Positions 45,210 through 55,725 of a stretch of DNA of 64,000 nt are shown here, in pieces. The notes under the pieces were generated by a model. It was not told where the DNA came from, did not search any database, and worked only from the letters and a program-made list of their open reading frames with translations. Made by a program: the position numbers and the translations under genes. Origin of the DNA: an uncultured Clostridia bacterium (lineage in GTDB: Bacteria; Bacillota; Clostridia; TANB77; CAG-508); assembly GCA_947630065.1 (NCBI GenBank), contig CANRGE010000003.1, positions 17,792 to 81,791 on the forward strand. The letters run 5' to 3'. The stretch's first letter is position 1, and each line of letters starts with the position of its first letter.

Positions 45210-45301
45210 TTGTAATCGCTCCTTTTTTATTCTTATGGTTTAATTATATATTTCTATTATTTTATTGTCAATTGTATTAATTAAAATAATAACTTCATTT
45301 T

Positions 45302-45496
45302 TTATTCTAGCATATTTTGTATATATTCTAGTTGCTCTTTAGTTAATCTATTATTTACAACAGCTAATCTTAATAAAGCTTTTATATTTTCTTTTTTCAT
45401 TACTTTATCATTTCCATTTGCTTTCAATTTCACATATTCTACTACTTCATCAAATATATAAAATGGAACATTAAAATCTAAATTTAATCTATTCAT
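45302..45496 (-). CDS. hypothetical protein (64 aa)
   Basis: ORF only, on the element. Confidence 0.3.
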   Translation of the reverse strand: MNRLNLDFNVPFYIFDEVVEYVKLKANGNDKVMKKENIKALLRLAVVNNRLTKEQLEYIQNMLE

Positions 45497-45626
45497 ATTA
45501 TTATTTCTTCCTACAACTTTTTATCATATTTAGCCTTAATAGACTGTACTCTATAATTTTAGCATATAAATAATTATAAAATCAATACTATAAATATAAA
45601 TTATTTTTGGTAAAGGAAATTTTGAT

Positions 45627-45866
45627 ATGAATTTTAATAAATATAATAATAACTATAATATCATAAGCAAAAAATTAAAAGAGTTTAGAACAAAACGCAA
45701 TATTTCTCAAGAACAACTTAGTAATAAATTATCTTTATTAGGTATTACATTATATCAATCTGACATATTCAAAATAGAAAATAATCAAAGGACTGTACGA
45801 GATTTTGAATTATGGGGTATTACAAAAGTTTTAGATATTAAAGCTGAAGAACTATTTAAACCTTAA
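45627..45866 (+). CDS. XRE-family HTH regulator (79 aa)
   Basis: KLKEFRTKRNISQEQLSNKLSLLGITLYQSDIFKIENNQR is HTH_3. Confidence 0.7.
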   Translation: MNFNKYNNNYNIISKKLKEFRTKRNISQEQLSNKLSLLGITLYQSDIFKIENNQRTVRDFELWGITKVLDIKAEELFKP

Positions 45867-45885
45867 TTTATAGGTTAAATAGTTC

Positions 45886-46057
45886 TTTTTATACAATAGG
45901 AAAGTTCTACTTTCCTATTATATAAAAAATAACATTGCACAGAAAATTTACTTTGTAAATTTTCGCGTCAACAAATCTTTACGCTTCTTTGAGACCTTGA
46001 ATTTAGATAGCAAACTTTAAGATGTAGAGAAAAGGTCTCGCGAAGCGAGATTTGTTC
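45886..46057 (-). repeat. dispersed ~170-bp intergenic repeat, copy G (reverse orientation, inside the mobile element)
   Basis: Reverse complement of the consensus from TATACAATAGGAAAGTTCTACTTTCC through GGTCTCGCGAAGCGAGATTTGTTC. Confidence 0.9.
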
Positions 46058-46060
46058 TAT

Positions 46061-46765
46061 TTACACATTAAATATATCTAAATATAAAGCATTTTGCTTA
46101 TTTAATATTTCTTGTTCATTTTCATTTAACTTTAATTTTTCAATCATTTCATTTGTAAATTCTAAATTCTTCTTTGAAAAATAACATTTTCTTAAACTTG
46201 GCTCACACTTTGCATTTGTTCCAAAATAACCACCTAACATTAAACCATCTATACCATTGCAAATATTTATTTCAAGCACTGAAACATCTACACGACTACT
46301 TGTTGGCTTATAATTCTCCATTACAACAAATACAATTTCATCATTACATATTAAGTAACCCTCTGAGTATATTCTTTTATCGTGATAATCTACAAATTTT
46401 GCTTTACAAATATTTTGTTTTTGTTCTAGTTCTAATATATACTTATCTGGTGCAAATTTATTAGTTCTAAAATTATATGCGTTAAAATACACATATAGCT
46501 TATCTACTTTAAAAGGATTTCTTGATCTATTATTTTGAGTTGTTCTATTTGTATCATTTCCATATAAATCTGCTTCATATATTCCTAATTCTTCACAAAT
46601 TATACTTATATCTCTTACATCTGGTAAAATTTCGCCTTTTTCATATCTACTTATAGTAGCTTTGTTTTTATTAAGCACTGTAGCTATATTTTCTTGGCTC
46701 AAACCTTTTTGAATTCTATAATTTTTTAGTCTTTCTCCAAAATCTTTACTATTAAATTCAGCCAT
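46061..46765 (-). CDS. XRE-family HTH regulator with the same C-terminal domain as 15240-15956
   Basis: HTH LSQENIATVLNKNKATISRYEKG. The C-terminal ...GGYFGTNAKCEPSLRKCYFSKKNL is alignable with the chromosomal paralog. Confidence 0.7.
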   Translation of the reverse strand: MAEFNSKDFGERLKNYRIQKGLSQENIATVLNKNKATISRYEKGEILPDVRDISIICEELGIYEADLYGNDTNRTTQNNRSRNPFKVDKLYVYFNAYNFRTNKFAPDKYILELEQKQNICKAKFVDYHDKRIYSEGYLICNDEIVFVVMENYKPTSSRVDVSVLEINICNGIDGLMLGGYFGTNAKCEPSLRKCYFSKKNLEFTNEMIEKLKLNENEQEILNKQNALYLDIFNV

Positions 46766-47482
46766 AATAGCACCCCCTATTAACTATTTTTATTATACTA
46801 TTCATTTATAAATTAAGCAATATTAAATCGTTATAAGCCTTTATATATTTGATATTTAAAGCTTTTTATAGTATAATATATTTAATACCTATTTTTTGGT
46901 AAGTCTTTATATAATTTACCTAAGCGTTAGCTTAATTGTAACATAAATTGTTATTTTTAAGCTACGCAAGTGGCTTAAATTATATAGAATCTCCTCTTAT
47001 TTGGACTTTCTAATTTATGTGCAATAAAAAATAGAGACTATTAGAAAGGAGAAATAAGAATGATACTATCAAAACACAAAATTATAGCATTCCCTCGGTG
47101 GTAGTGGAGGTTGTTAAGACTAAAGGAAAGAGATTTTTATTCTCTTTCCTTTTTATATTATTTTTGTGTTGCATTTAATGCAACATTTTATACTTTTTTA
47201 TATTTCTAATTATTTTTCTCACTTATTTTACCTAAATTTAACTAAAAAAATATATTTATACCCTAAAAATTGCATATTACGCAACTTTCGTTGCATTGTG
47301 TGCAATTTTACTATCTTTTGCTTTGTTTACATAACAATACTATAATATAATTGTAAGCTACTAGAACGATTATATGTATAAAAATTCATTTCACTTTTTA
47401 CTTCTAAATACTCATTTCTTTCTAAGCTTATTAGTTCGAACAAATTAAAGATTTCTAGAAATCTAATATTTTAATAGGAGAT

Positions 47483-47839
47483 TTGCCTATGAGAAATTTT
47501 AAAAATATTAGACCTACAAATGAAAAAATCAATAAGGAACTAGAAAATGTTTTTTATCAAAATCAATTAAATGACTTAGATAACATTGATGTTGATATTA
47601 ATCATCTAGAAAAAATCTTCACAAATGAAACTTATTATTTAGCAATGAAAATCGTTCCATTGCTTGAAAGAAAAGTGTTATATCTTGCATATGTTGAGAA
47701 TGTTCGATTAAACGATATTTGCAGAAGATTAAAATTACCAAAGAAACAAGTTATTGTACTAAAGAATAAAGCAATAATACATTTTAAGAATAATTTAAAC
47801 ACTCTTACTAAAGCTACAGGTGGTGGCAAAAATGTTTAA
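47483..47839 (+). CDS. sigma-70 region-4-like regulator (Tn916 Orf7-like)
   Basis: 118 aa. LYLAYVENVRLNDICRRLKLPKKQVIVLKNKAIIHFKNNL resembles a sigma region 4 HTH. It sits upstream of xis-int. Confidence 0.5.
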   Translation: MPMRNFKNIRPTNEKINKELENVFYQNQLNDLDNIDVDINHLEKIFTNETYYLAMKIVPLLERKVLYLAYVENVRLNDICRRLKLPKKQVIVLKNKAIIHFKNNLNTLTKATGGGKNV

Positions 47840-48389
47840 ACATAAAAAGAAAGAAAAAAATACTTTAGCAAAAAACATTACCACTAAAACACAACATAAT
47901 TTTTCAATAAGAGTTCTTTATAAGAAAACAAATAAAGTACCAGAAGTAAAAATAATACCCAATATAAAAAGATTAAAAAAAGCAATAATAAAAAATTCAC
48001 TAGATATTATTCCATACGAAAATGTATTTATAATTTGTTCTAATCAAAAATTAAATATTAATTCATCTCCTAATATACTTCTACCTTTAAAAACCATTTA
48101 TGGAGATTTTATCTTAGTAAAAATTAATAGAAAAGAACGAGAATTTGAAAGTCTATCACAAGAAGACATTATGTGGTATACACAAGACTTAATAAACAAA
48201 AGTAATATTCAAAATACTTTAAGCGAAACAAAAAGACCTAGTGTTAAAAACTTTATGGACTTTTACGAAAGAGATTTTGAAAAAGGAAATAATGGTAAAA
48301 CAGTAAACTATGAAACTACAATAATAAACTCTTTAACAACAATAGAAATGACATTAATAAAATTATTGAAAGGGAAAAATAAAAAATGA
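47820..48389 (+). CDS. hypothetical protein (189 aa)
   Basis: ORF overlapping its neighbours by a few bp (operon-like). Confidence 0.4.
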   Translation: MVAKMFKHKKKEKNTLAKNITTKTQHNFSIRVLYKKTNKVPEVKIIPNIKRLKKAIIKNSLDIIPYENVFIICSNQKLNINSSPNILLPLKTIYGDFILVKINRKEREFESLSQEDIMWYTQDLINKSNIQNTLSETKRPSVKNFMDFYERDFEKGNNGKTVNYETTIINSLTTIEMTLIKLLKGKNKK

Positions 48390-48646
48390 ATAATATAAAT
48401 GAAAAAATAATAGATACAAAAGAAGATTCAAACGAACAAATAGTAATAAATTATTTATCAAAAATAAGTAATCCTTTTATTACCCTATCAGTGCAAGATG
48501 TTTCAAAAGATTTACATATAGGAATAAATCAAGCTTATGAATTATTTAAACAAAAAGATTTTCCAACAATATCAATTGGAAAGCGAAAAACTATTACATT
48601 GGCAGCATACCTATTATGGAAAATGAACAAGAAAGGCGGTGTATAG
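48386..48646 (+). CDS. xis: excisionase-like small HTH protein
   Basis: 86 aa, ISVQDVSKDLHIGINQAYELFKQKDFP..., immediately upstream of and overlapping int. Confidence 0.55.
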   Translation: MNNINEKIIDTKEDSNEQIVINYLSKISNPFITLSVQDVSKDLHIGINQAYELFKQKDFPTISIGKRKTITLAAYLLWKMNKKGGV

Positions 48647-49844
48647 TATGCGTCAAAAAGGTCATAGTGAAGGATATGTCTATTATAATAAACAGAGAAA
48701 AACTTTTAACGCACAATATAGTGAATATGACATAAAAACTGGAGATATAAAAAGAAAAACTAAGAGTTTTAAAACCGAAGAAGATGCAAAAAAATATTTA
48801 AGTAGCATTATGTATCAAAAAGAAAATCCTCTTTATATAGAACATAATGGAATACCATTATGTGAAGTAATGAAATCAAATTTAAGATTAAAGTTAGATA
48901 CAAACCAAATTTCAGAAGCACAATTTACTAGAATAGAAGACACAATCGTAAAAATAGAAAAAAGTGCATTAGGAAAAAAGAATATAGATGAAATACTTTC
49001 AGAAGAATTACAAGCTTATTTAAACTCTTTAAAACATTTAAGTAATTCTACTATAACAAAAGCATATCAACAACTTAATCAAGCATTTAAAATAGCAATA
49101 AATAAAGGGTATTTAGTTAAAAACCCTATGGTAGATGTGATAAAACCAAAAAGTTTGAAAGAAGATAAAATTGTACGAGCTTTAACAGTAGAAGAACAAC
49201 AAGTTTTTACCGATTATCTTTTAAGTACTGATTTAAAAACTTGTAAATACAAAAATGTGTTTCTAATACAAATGTATATGGGCTTAAGGGTAGGCGAAGC
49301 ATTAGCACTTACTACACATGATATAGATTTAAAAAATAAAAAAGTAAATATTCATAGAACACTAACTACTGATGGCAATAGATATGTAGTTATGGGAAAG
49401 AAAACAAAAAATTATGCTGCTAAACGCATATTACCTCTTCCCGACTTTTTATTTCCTTATATTATAGAACAAATGCAAATAGCAAATAATCAAATTAATA
49501 ATGATGAAAAATTATTATTTAAACCCAAATATTCAAATTATACTAAAAGAAAAAATGTAAATTATGAATTGAAACAAATATTTAATAATCTTTTAGGAGT
49601 TACTGACATTACTTCTCATAATTTAAGACATACGTATGGAACTCGTTGTATTGAATCTGGAATGGCTCCTGTCGTTGTTCAAAGATTAATGGGACATAAA
49701 GATATAAGTGTAACTTTAAACACATACACTTCTGTTCTTGATAAATTTAAAGAAAGTGAAATTGATAAAGTTAATCAGTACTATATTAATGAAAACTTAA
49801 TATCTGCCCACAACAATAATATAAAACAATTAGAAGATAGGTAA
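48639..49844 (+). CDS. int: tyrosine-type site-specific integrase
   Basis: C-terminal HNLRHTYGTRCIESGMAPVVVQRLMGHKDISVTLNTYTSV, with the R...HxxR...Y catalytic pattern, and a SAM-like N-terminal domain. Confidence 0.85.
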   Translation: MYSMRQKGHSEGYVYYNKQRKTFNAQYSEYDIKTGDIKRKTKSFKTEEDAKKYLSSIMYQKENPLYIEHNGIPLCEVMKSNLRLKLDTNQISEAQFTRIEDTIVKIEKSALGKKNIDEILSEELQAYLNSLKHLSNSTITKAYQQLNQAFKIAINKGYLVKNPMVDVIKPKSLKEDKIVRALTVEEQQVFTDYLLSTDLKTCKYKNVFLIQMYMGLRVGEALALTTHDIDLKNKKVNIHRTLTTDGNRYVVMGKKTKNYAAKRILPLPDFLFPYIIEQMQIANNQINNDEKLLFKPKYSNYTKRKNVNYELKQIFNNLLGVTDITSHNLRHTYGTRCIESGMAPVVVQRLMGHKDISVTLNTYTSVLDKFKESEIDKVNQYYINENLISAHNNNIKQLEDR

Positions 49845-50221
49845 ACATTTTTTATGCATAAATATAATTAGTTTGAGTTTATACAAACAATTTTTAACAG
49901 TTGTTTGTATAAACTTTTATTTAAAATTTGTAAAATTGCTTATTTTTCAAATATTATTTCAAAAAATCGTGTTTGAGTAGTTATTTTTTAAAAAATGCTC
50001 GAAAGTATATATTCCATGCATATTACAGCCAAAAAAAATTGTTTGAGTAAATGTTTGAAAAAAATAAAAATTAAGAAAAATTATAAAAAATGATAATCAG
50101 TGAAAACTTAACAATATCAACGGTTACAGAGAATTATAGGTAAATTTTGATTTTTTTAAATTAAAGACAAAAAAATACAGCATTTATTTTTGTATAAACG
50201 CTGTATCTCGCTTGTTTCTAA

Positions 50222-50305
50222 GTGGTGCGGATGAAGGGACTTGAACCCCCACGTCGTTGACACTGGTTCCTAAGACCAGCGCGTCTGCCAGTTCCGCCAC
50301 ATCCG
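50222..50305 (-). tRNA. tRNA-Leu (anticodon UAG)
   Basis: rc reads GCGGATGTGGCGGAACTGGCAGACGCGCTGGTCTTAGGAACCAGTGTCAACGACGTGGGGGTTCAAGTCCCTTCATCCGCACCA. The anticodon loop CTTAGGA gives TAG. It has a long variable arm (class II) and an encoded CCA. Confidence 0.85.
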
Positions 50306-50400
50306 CATTTCTATTGACAAGGTATATATTAGCATATTTCAACGTTTACTGTCAATAGAATTTTTACATTTTTTCAATTTTGTTGAGCAATGTTATTATT

Positions 50401-50601
50401 TTAATATTCAACATTTTTATAACTACTACACATTGATTCATCTGGTTGTTTTGTTTCGCAATCTTCTATAGGTGTAACTATTATTTGTTCTAATCCACAT
50501 TGTTGTTCTTGATTTCTATTGTATTTACAACTTGTTACTGTGCAATTTATTTTTTGATTTCTTTCCATAAAAAATGACCTCCTTTTATATAGTATGGTCA
50601 T
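50401..50601 (-). CDS. DUF1540-family small Cys-rich protein
   Basis: CTVTSCKYN...QCGLEQIIV...C pattern typical of DUF1540 in spore-formers. Confidence 0.6.
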   Translation of the reverse strand: MTILYKRRSFFMERNQKINCTVTSCKYNRNQEQQCGLEQIIVTPIEDCETKQPDESMCSSYKNVEY

Positions 50602-50620
50602 TTTTTTATTTTTTTATGTG

Positions 50621-51133
50621 TTACAAAATTTTAAATGTTTCTATCATTTTTAGCATTATATTTCTTGCATCTTTTTCTTCTTCTGGATAAAACATTTCTA
50701 TTCGGTATATTTTATTTTTATCTTTTTTGTAAATAATTTTTTCGCTATTTTCTTGTGTATCAAAATATGAATCTATTTTGTCATATTGTGCATATTGTTC
50801 TATTGTAAAATATACTTGTGGATTTTCTATTAATGAGTATCTACTGTATATTTCATTTTCATCAAATTTATATTGCTCCTCTATATATTCCATAGTATAA
50901 CCTAATTTACTCTTTACTTGTTTTGTAGGTAGTGTTTGCTTTTTTCCTCCTATTTCTACAACTATTCCATTACCTACTGAAGTATTAGTTGGTTCTTCTT
51001 GTTGTGAAATTCCTAAACTATCATTCTTACTTTGATGAAATCTTGCCTTGATTTTATTTGATACATTTACTGTTAATACTACTAATGCAATACATAAAAT
51101 TAATATAATACCTTTAACATAAATACTTCTCAT
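50621..51133 (-). CDS. hypothetical signal-anchored protein (170 aa)
   Basis: N-terminal TM and no family. Confidence 0.35.
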   Translation of the reverse strand: MRSIYVKGIILILCIALVVLTVNVSNKIKARFHQSKNDSLGISQQEEPTNTSVGNGIVVEIGGKKQTLPTKQVKSKLGYTMEYIEEQYKFDENEIYSRYSLIENPQVYFTIEQYAQYDKIDSYFDTQENSEKIIYKKDKNKIYRIEMFYPEEEKDARNIMLKMIETFKIL

Positions 51134-51205
51134 GTTCTTTCTCCTTTGTATTTTTTCTTATTGTATCATATTTATTTTTTTATTACTATATTTTTTTCAA
51201 TTTTT

Positions 51206-51913
51206 TTATTTTTTCTCTGTTATTTTACAATTTTCTTTTTCTTCTATGCAATTTTTAGGTATATCTTTAAAGCTTAAATACCAACTCATTCCATTGCTAT
51301 TTGCTTCAATTTCTTCATTTCGTGCTTGTAAAGCATCAAAGGTTTGTGGCGCTGGTACAATTACTGGTTGATTTGGTATCCAATTTGCTGGTGTTGAACC
51401 TTTAGCACAGTCTGCTATTTGTAATGCTTGAACTATTCTTAAAATTTCTGGAATAAATCTTCCTATATTCATTGGATATATTAAAACAGTTTTTACAACT
51501 CCTTGTGGATCAATAATAAATACATTTCTAACTGTTTCCGTATTACTAACATCATTTGATATCATTCCGTATTTTCTTGCAATTTGTCCATTCCTGTCTG
51601 CTATAATAGGAAATGATACTTTTATTCCTGTTTTACAATATATATCATATATCCATGCAAGATGTGATGCATTACTATCTACACTTAATCCTAATAATTC
51701 TGTATTTAGTTGTTTGAAATATGTATGTGCCTTTGTGAAAGCTATAATCTCTGTTGTACATACAGGGGTAAAGTCTCCCGGATGTGAAAATAGAACCAAC
51801 CATTTTCCTCTGTAATTATTTAATGATATATCTCCCATAGTAGTTTGTGCTTCAAATTCTGGAGCAAGCATACCTATTTTTACATTACCATTCATCATAA
51901 CTTCATAATCCAT
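51206..51913 (-). CDS. peroxiredoxin (AhpC/TSA, Prx6-like)
   Basis: Peroxidatic motif FTPVCTTE and a length of 235 aa. Confidence 0.8.
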   Translation of the reverse strand: MDYEVMMNGNVKIGMLAPEFEAQTTMGDISLNNYRGKWLVLFSHPGDFTPVCTTEIIAFTKAHTYFKQLNTELLGLSVDSNASHLAWIYDIYCKTGIKVSFPIIADRNGQIARKYGMISNDVSNTETVRNVFIIDPQGVVKTVLIYPMNIGRFIPEILRIVQALQIADCAKGSTPANWIPNQPVIVPAPQTFDALQARNEEIEANSNGMSWYLSFKDIPKNCIEEKENCKITEKK

Positions 51914-52094
51914 AAAAAATAACTCCCTTCAAATTTTTGTATATAATATGAAAGGTGTTTAGATGTTGTTACTAATACAAAATTAAGAATTATGAAACTA
52001 AATAATTCATTTATATCCAGTTTTTTATCTTATAAAACTACAGAACTAGAAACTAAGCAATAGTTTCTAGTTCTGTGGTTTTGTACAAAAAAAT

Positions 52095-52550
52095 TTACAT
52101 AAAATCAATTAGAACATCATATCCATATTCTTTTTTTATCTCATTTTTTACCCATTGCTCTCGTTCTTTTGCAGAGTAAAAATCATACTCAGCTCTCATC
52201 CGCATAATCTCTTGATCAGAAATTTTTACAACCCAATTCAAATTGTTTTTCGTAACATACATAATATCGGCTGCATCATATCCTATTTTTTTCAGCACGC
52301 TATATATATGTTCTTCATATTCTGGATTGACCTTACAATAATCAAGTTCAATACAGACTTCTCTAGTCCTTCTCTTATAGTTAATCTTTAAGTCTTTTAT
52401 TAAATTTTCATCAAGCTGCTTTTCTTTCTTAATCCGTCCTACTAAATCGTTTACTTGTGTTAAAACGTTGTTTGTTTCTTCCACTTTTTCAACTAAAGTA
52501 TAAGTTATAGATGTGTTTGTTTCATTTTGACTAATTTCTTTTTTGTACAT
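52095..52550 (-). CDS. hypothetical protein (151 aa)
   Basis: ORF only. Confidence 0.35.
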   Translation of the reverse strand: MYKKEISQNETNTSITYTLVEKVEETNNVLTQVNDLVGRIKKEKQLDENLIKDLKINYKRRTREVCIELDYCKVNPEYEEHIYSVLKKIGYDAADIMYVTKNNLNWVVKISDQEIMRMRAEYDFYSAKEREQWVKNEIKKEYGYDVLIDFM

Positions 52551-52686
52551 ATTTTACCTCCTTCTATAATTACTGTCGTTTACTAGTTATCTATGTCTAT
52601 TCCCATAAGGAAGTTATATAATTAAGTCTAGCATCCACTAGAATATCATTATTATACTATATTTTCATATAATCTGCAATGTTATT

Positions 52687-52775
52687 TATATAATAGGAAA
52701 GTTCTACTTTCCTATTATATAAATAACATTGCACAGAAAATTTACTTTGTAAATTTTCGCGTCAACAAATCTTTA
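52687..52775 (-). repeat. dispersed intergenic repeat, copy H (truncated, lacks the GGTCTC hairpin module)
   Basis: rc consensus from TATATAATAGGAAAGTTCTACTTTCC to GTCAACAAATCTTTA only. Confidence 0.85.
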
Positions 52776-52937
52776 AATATTCTTTATCTATTAGTATTAT
52801 TATATTTTTTATCAATAGCGTGTTAGACTTGCTGTTTTATGTAAATTATGGTATAATTTTATTATTAAGAGTTATTCTCTTAGAAACAAATAAACATTCG
52901 GAGGGAAACCTCCGATGACTTAAAAGGAGGTAAAACT

Positions 52938-53624
52938 ATGTCAAATTACAAGTGGGTTAAAATGAGTGATTCATATGCAGAATTACGGCAAGAAGATTTC
53001 TCTTCACTTCCAAGCTTTGAAGTAAACGCTATAGATCCAATACTTATGAAAAAGCTTGAAGAAAATGGTATTGATCCTTGGCTAGAAGGAGATGGATTCT
53101 TAGAAAAATGTAGATATGTTTTAAGTATGGATAACAGAAAATATGTTACAATTACAGCACCTTTATATGAATATAATCTTGATAGTGGGCAATATGTTTT
53201 GATATCTGAAACATATACAGATGAGGCTATTGACCCTTCTGAATATGAATTAGTAAAGAAAACATATTTCCGTTGCTCAGAAGAAGTGGCTCGTGAACAG
53301 GCAAAAATTTTTGAAGAAGAGTTTATAGAAAAATCCCTTGATGGTATTTCTTCAGTCATAACAATTGCTTCAGATTTTTATCAGGAGCCAAACTACTTTT
53401 ATGAGCACTACATCCCTGAAGGATATATTAAAGTATGTGAAAAGAATTGTCCATTTACCCGTGAGAAACACGATATTGTATTCATTAGACAAATGGATGC
53501 AAAAAGACAAACAATTACAATTAAGCTTCACGACATATATAAGGGGCTTGCTATCGGCACAGGCGGCGAAAATATTAAAAGAATTGCTAAATTAATTAAC
53601 GCCAAAAGAATTAATGTAATTTGA
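52938..53624 (+). CDS. hypothetical protein with a C-terminal KH-like domain
   Basis: Strong SD AAAAGGAGGT. The C-terminal IKLHDIYKGLAIGTGGENIKRIAKLINAKRINVI has a GxxG KH motif. Confidence 0.45.
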   Translation: MSNYKWVKMSDSYAELRQEDFSSLPSFEVNAIDPILMKKLEENGIDPWLEGDGFLEKCRYVLSMDNRKYVTITAPLYEYNLDSGQYVLISETYTDEAIDPSEYELVKKTYFRCSEEVAREQAKIFEEEFIEKSLDGISSVITIASDFYQEPNYFYEHYIPEGYIKVCEKNCPFTREKHDIVFIRQMDAKRQTITIKLHDIYKGLAIGTGGENIKRIAKLINAKRINVI

Positions 53625-53861
53625 TAAGAATTTAGGAGTCTATATAGACTCCTTTTTTCTTTAATATGTATTATTCATCGTAGTTTGTGTTCAAATTCTG
53701 GAACAAGCATACCTATTTTTACATTGTCATTCATATAACTCTTCATAATCCATAAAAAATAACTCCCTTCAAATTTTTGTATAAATATTAAAGGTTATTA
53801 TTTAGTAACAATAAATAATAAATAGAGAAATATTTTATAAAAAATACTTCTCTATTTAAAA

Positions 53862-55518
53862 CTATACATATTGTTGTTTATTTAATACTACAATTCCTGC
53901 AAGAGCTCCTATCATTATAAATATTAATATAGTATCTAAATCATCTTCACCAGTTTTTGGTACATCATCTAATTCTCCTGTTTGATGTTCTTGTGTTTTT
54001 ACTTCTAGTGAATTAATAGCCTCATTAATTGCCTTTTCCATAGTATCTACTTCGCCTTGTTCTAAAATATTTTTACCTCTAACTACTGCTGATATCGCTT
54101 TTTCAACAGCACTAAAGTCTTTATAATCATCTTTATTTAAATTGTTTGCTTTTGCTATTGCTTCATCTACTTTACTATAATCTGCATCTAGATATTCAAG
54201 CGAATTAATTGCATTAATAATTGCTTTTTCCATAGCATCTACTTCATTTTGTTCTGAAATATTTTTATTTTTAACTACTGCATTGATTGCTACCTCAACA
54301 GCACTAAAATCTTTATAATTAGATTTATTCAATTTATTTGCTTTTGCTATTGTTTCATCTACTTTGCTATAATCCGCATCTAGATATTCAAGCGAATTAA
54401 TTGCATCAATAATTGCTTTTTCCATAGCATCTACTTCATTTTGCTCTAAAATATTTTTATTTTTAACTACTGCATTGATTGCTACCTCAACAGCACTAAA
54501 ATCTTTATAATTAGATTTATTCAATTTATTGGCTTTTTCTATTGCTTTATCTACTTTACTATAATCTGCATCAGCATATTTTATTTCATTACCATTTCCT
54601 GCAGCTACTTTAAATACTTCTTTTTTAACTCCATTAGCATTAAAACTTTCAAAACCATTTATTGTAATAACACCATTATTTGTATATACTCCATAATCTC
54701 CAGAAAGAGTAATGTTTCCTCCATTAATAACTATATTTTTTCTTTTTGTTTGACCAGCAGAAATTGCAGGAGTGTCGGCATCTTGAGTACTAAGAACTAC
54801 ATTACCTCCAGTAATAAATACTCCATCTTCTGTATCTTCTGTATATAGGCTATTTCCTGGTACATGAATTGCTGCTGAATTTGCTTTAATATCAACATTT
54901 CCACCAGTAATTTTCACTTGTGATAACACATAAACTCCTGATGCAGTATAATTTTGACTTCCATAAGTCATATTTTCAGTATTAATTTTAAGATTTCCAC
55001 CACTTATATTTAAATTACCATCAACCCAAAATCCACCTGTACTATTTATTGTACCAGATAAAATATTTAAGTTGTTTACATAATGAATTGTATTTCCCAA
55101 ATTATCTCCACCGATTACCACTTATCTCTGTTATTTCAAGATTTAATATGGCATTAGCTTTTCCTTCAAATGTTAGGCTTCCACCCATACCACCATTTGC
55201 ATAAATTACAGATTTTTTTTGTGATTTTAATGTATTTATTCCTTCAAATATAATTTTTATGTTATCTGATTTTTTTAATTTAATACATGGGTTTGAATTA
55301 TTATCATCTTTTACATCAAAGTTTGCATTTCTTAAAGTTAATATTTTGTTTTCATTATCCCATTTCCATCCTTTATCTGCGAGTTTATCTTCTGTTGCAT
55401 GCTCTGTTAAATCCAATGTTGTAGTTTGTGTTTCTATATTTGCTGCTGAAACAACATTTGGTACTAAGAAAAATAGAAATATCATAAATAAAATATTAAA
55501 TATTTTTGATTTAAACAT
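53862..55518 (-). pseudogene. sortase-anchored surface protein (beta-helix-like head, 3 FIVAR-like repeats, VPKTG sorting signal) split by a frameshift at about 55102-55121
   Basis: The signal peptide ORF 55102-55518 (MFKSKIFNILFMIFLFFLVPNVVSA) and ORF 53862-55121 are in different frames and overlap by 20 nt. The C-terminus reads VPKTGEDD plus a TM segment and a short tail. Confidence 0.5.
53990..54560 (-). repeat. about 186-bp tandem coding repeats (~2.8 copies) encoding FIVAR-like 62-aa modules
   Basis: Near-identical DNA units containing CATCTAGATATTCAAGCGAATTAATTGCAT(T/C)AATAATTGCTTTTTCCATAGCATCTAC recur with a period of about 186 bp. Confidence 0.8.
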
Positions 55519-55725
55519 TTAAATTAACCTCCTATAAATTAAATTCAATTTTATTTTAACACCTTTGATTCTATATGTTAACATAAAATTTTAAGCTTCA
55601 TTTTTATTTTAATACTCTGATTACATAATGTCAACCAAAATAGCTATTATTTAAATGAAAATTCTTTCCAAATATTCCAACATTACTAGCATTATATGTA
55701 TTATTTTCTTTTTTATAATACTATT

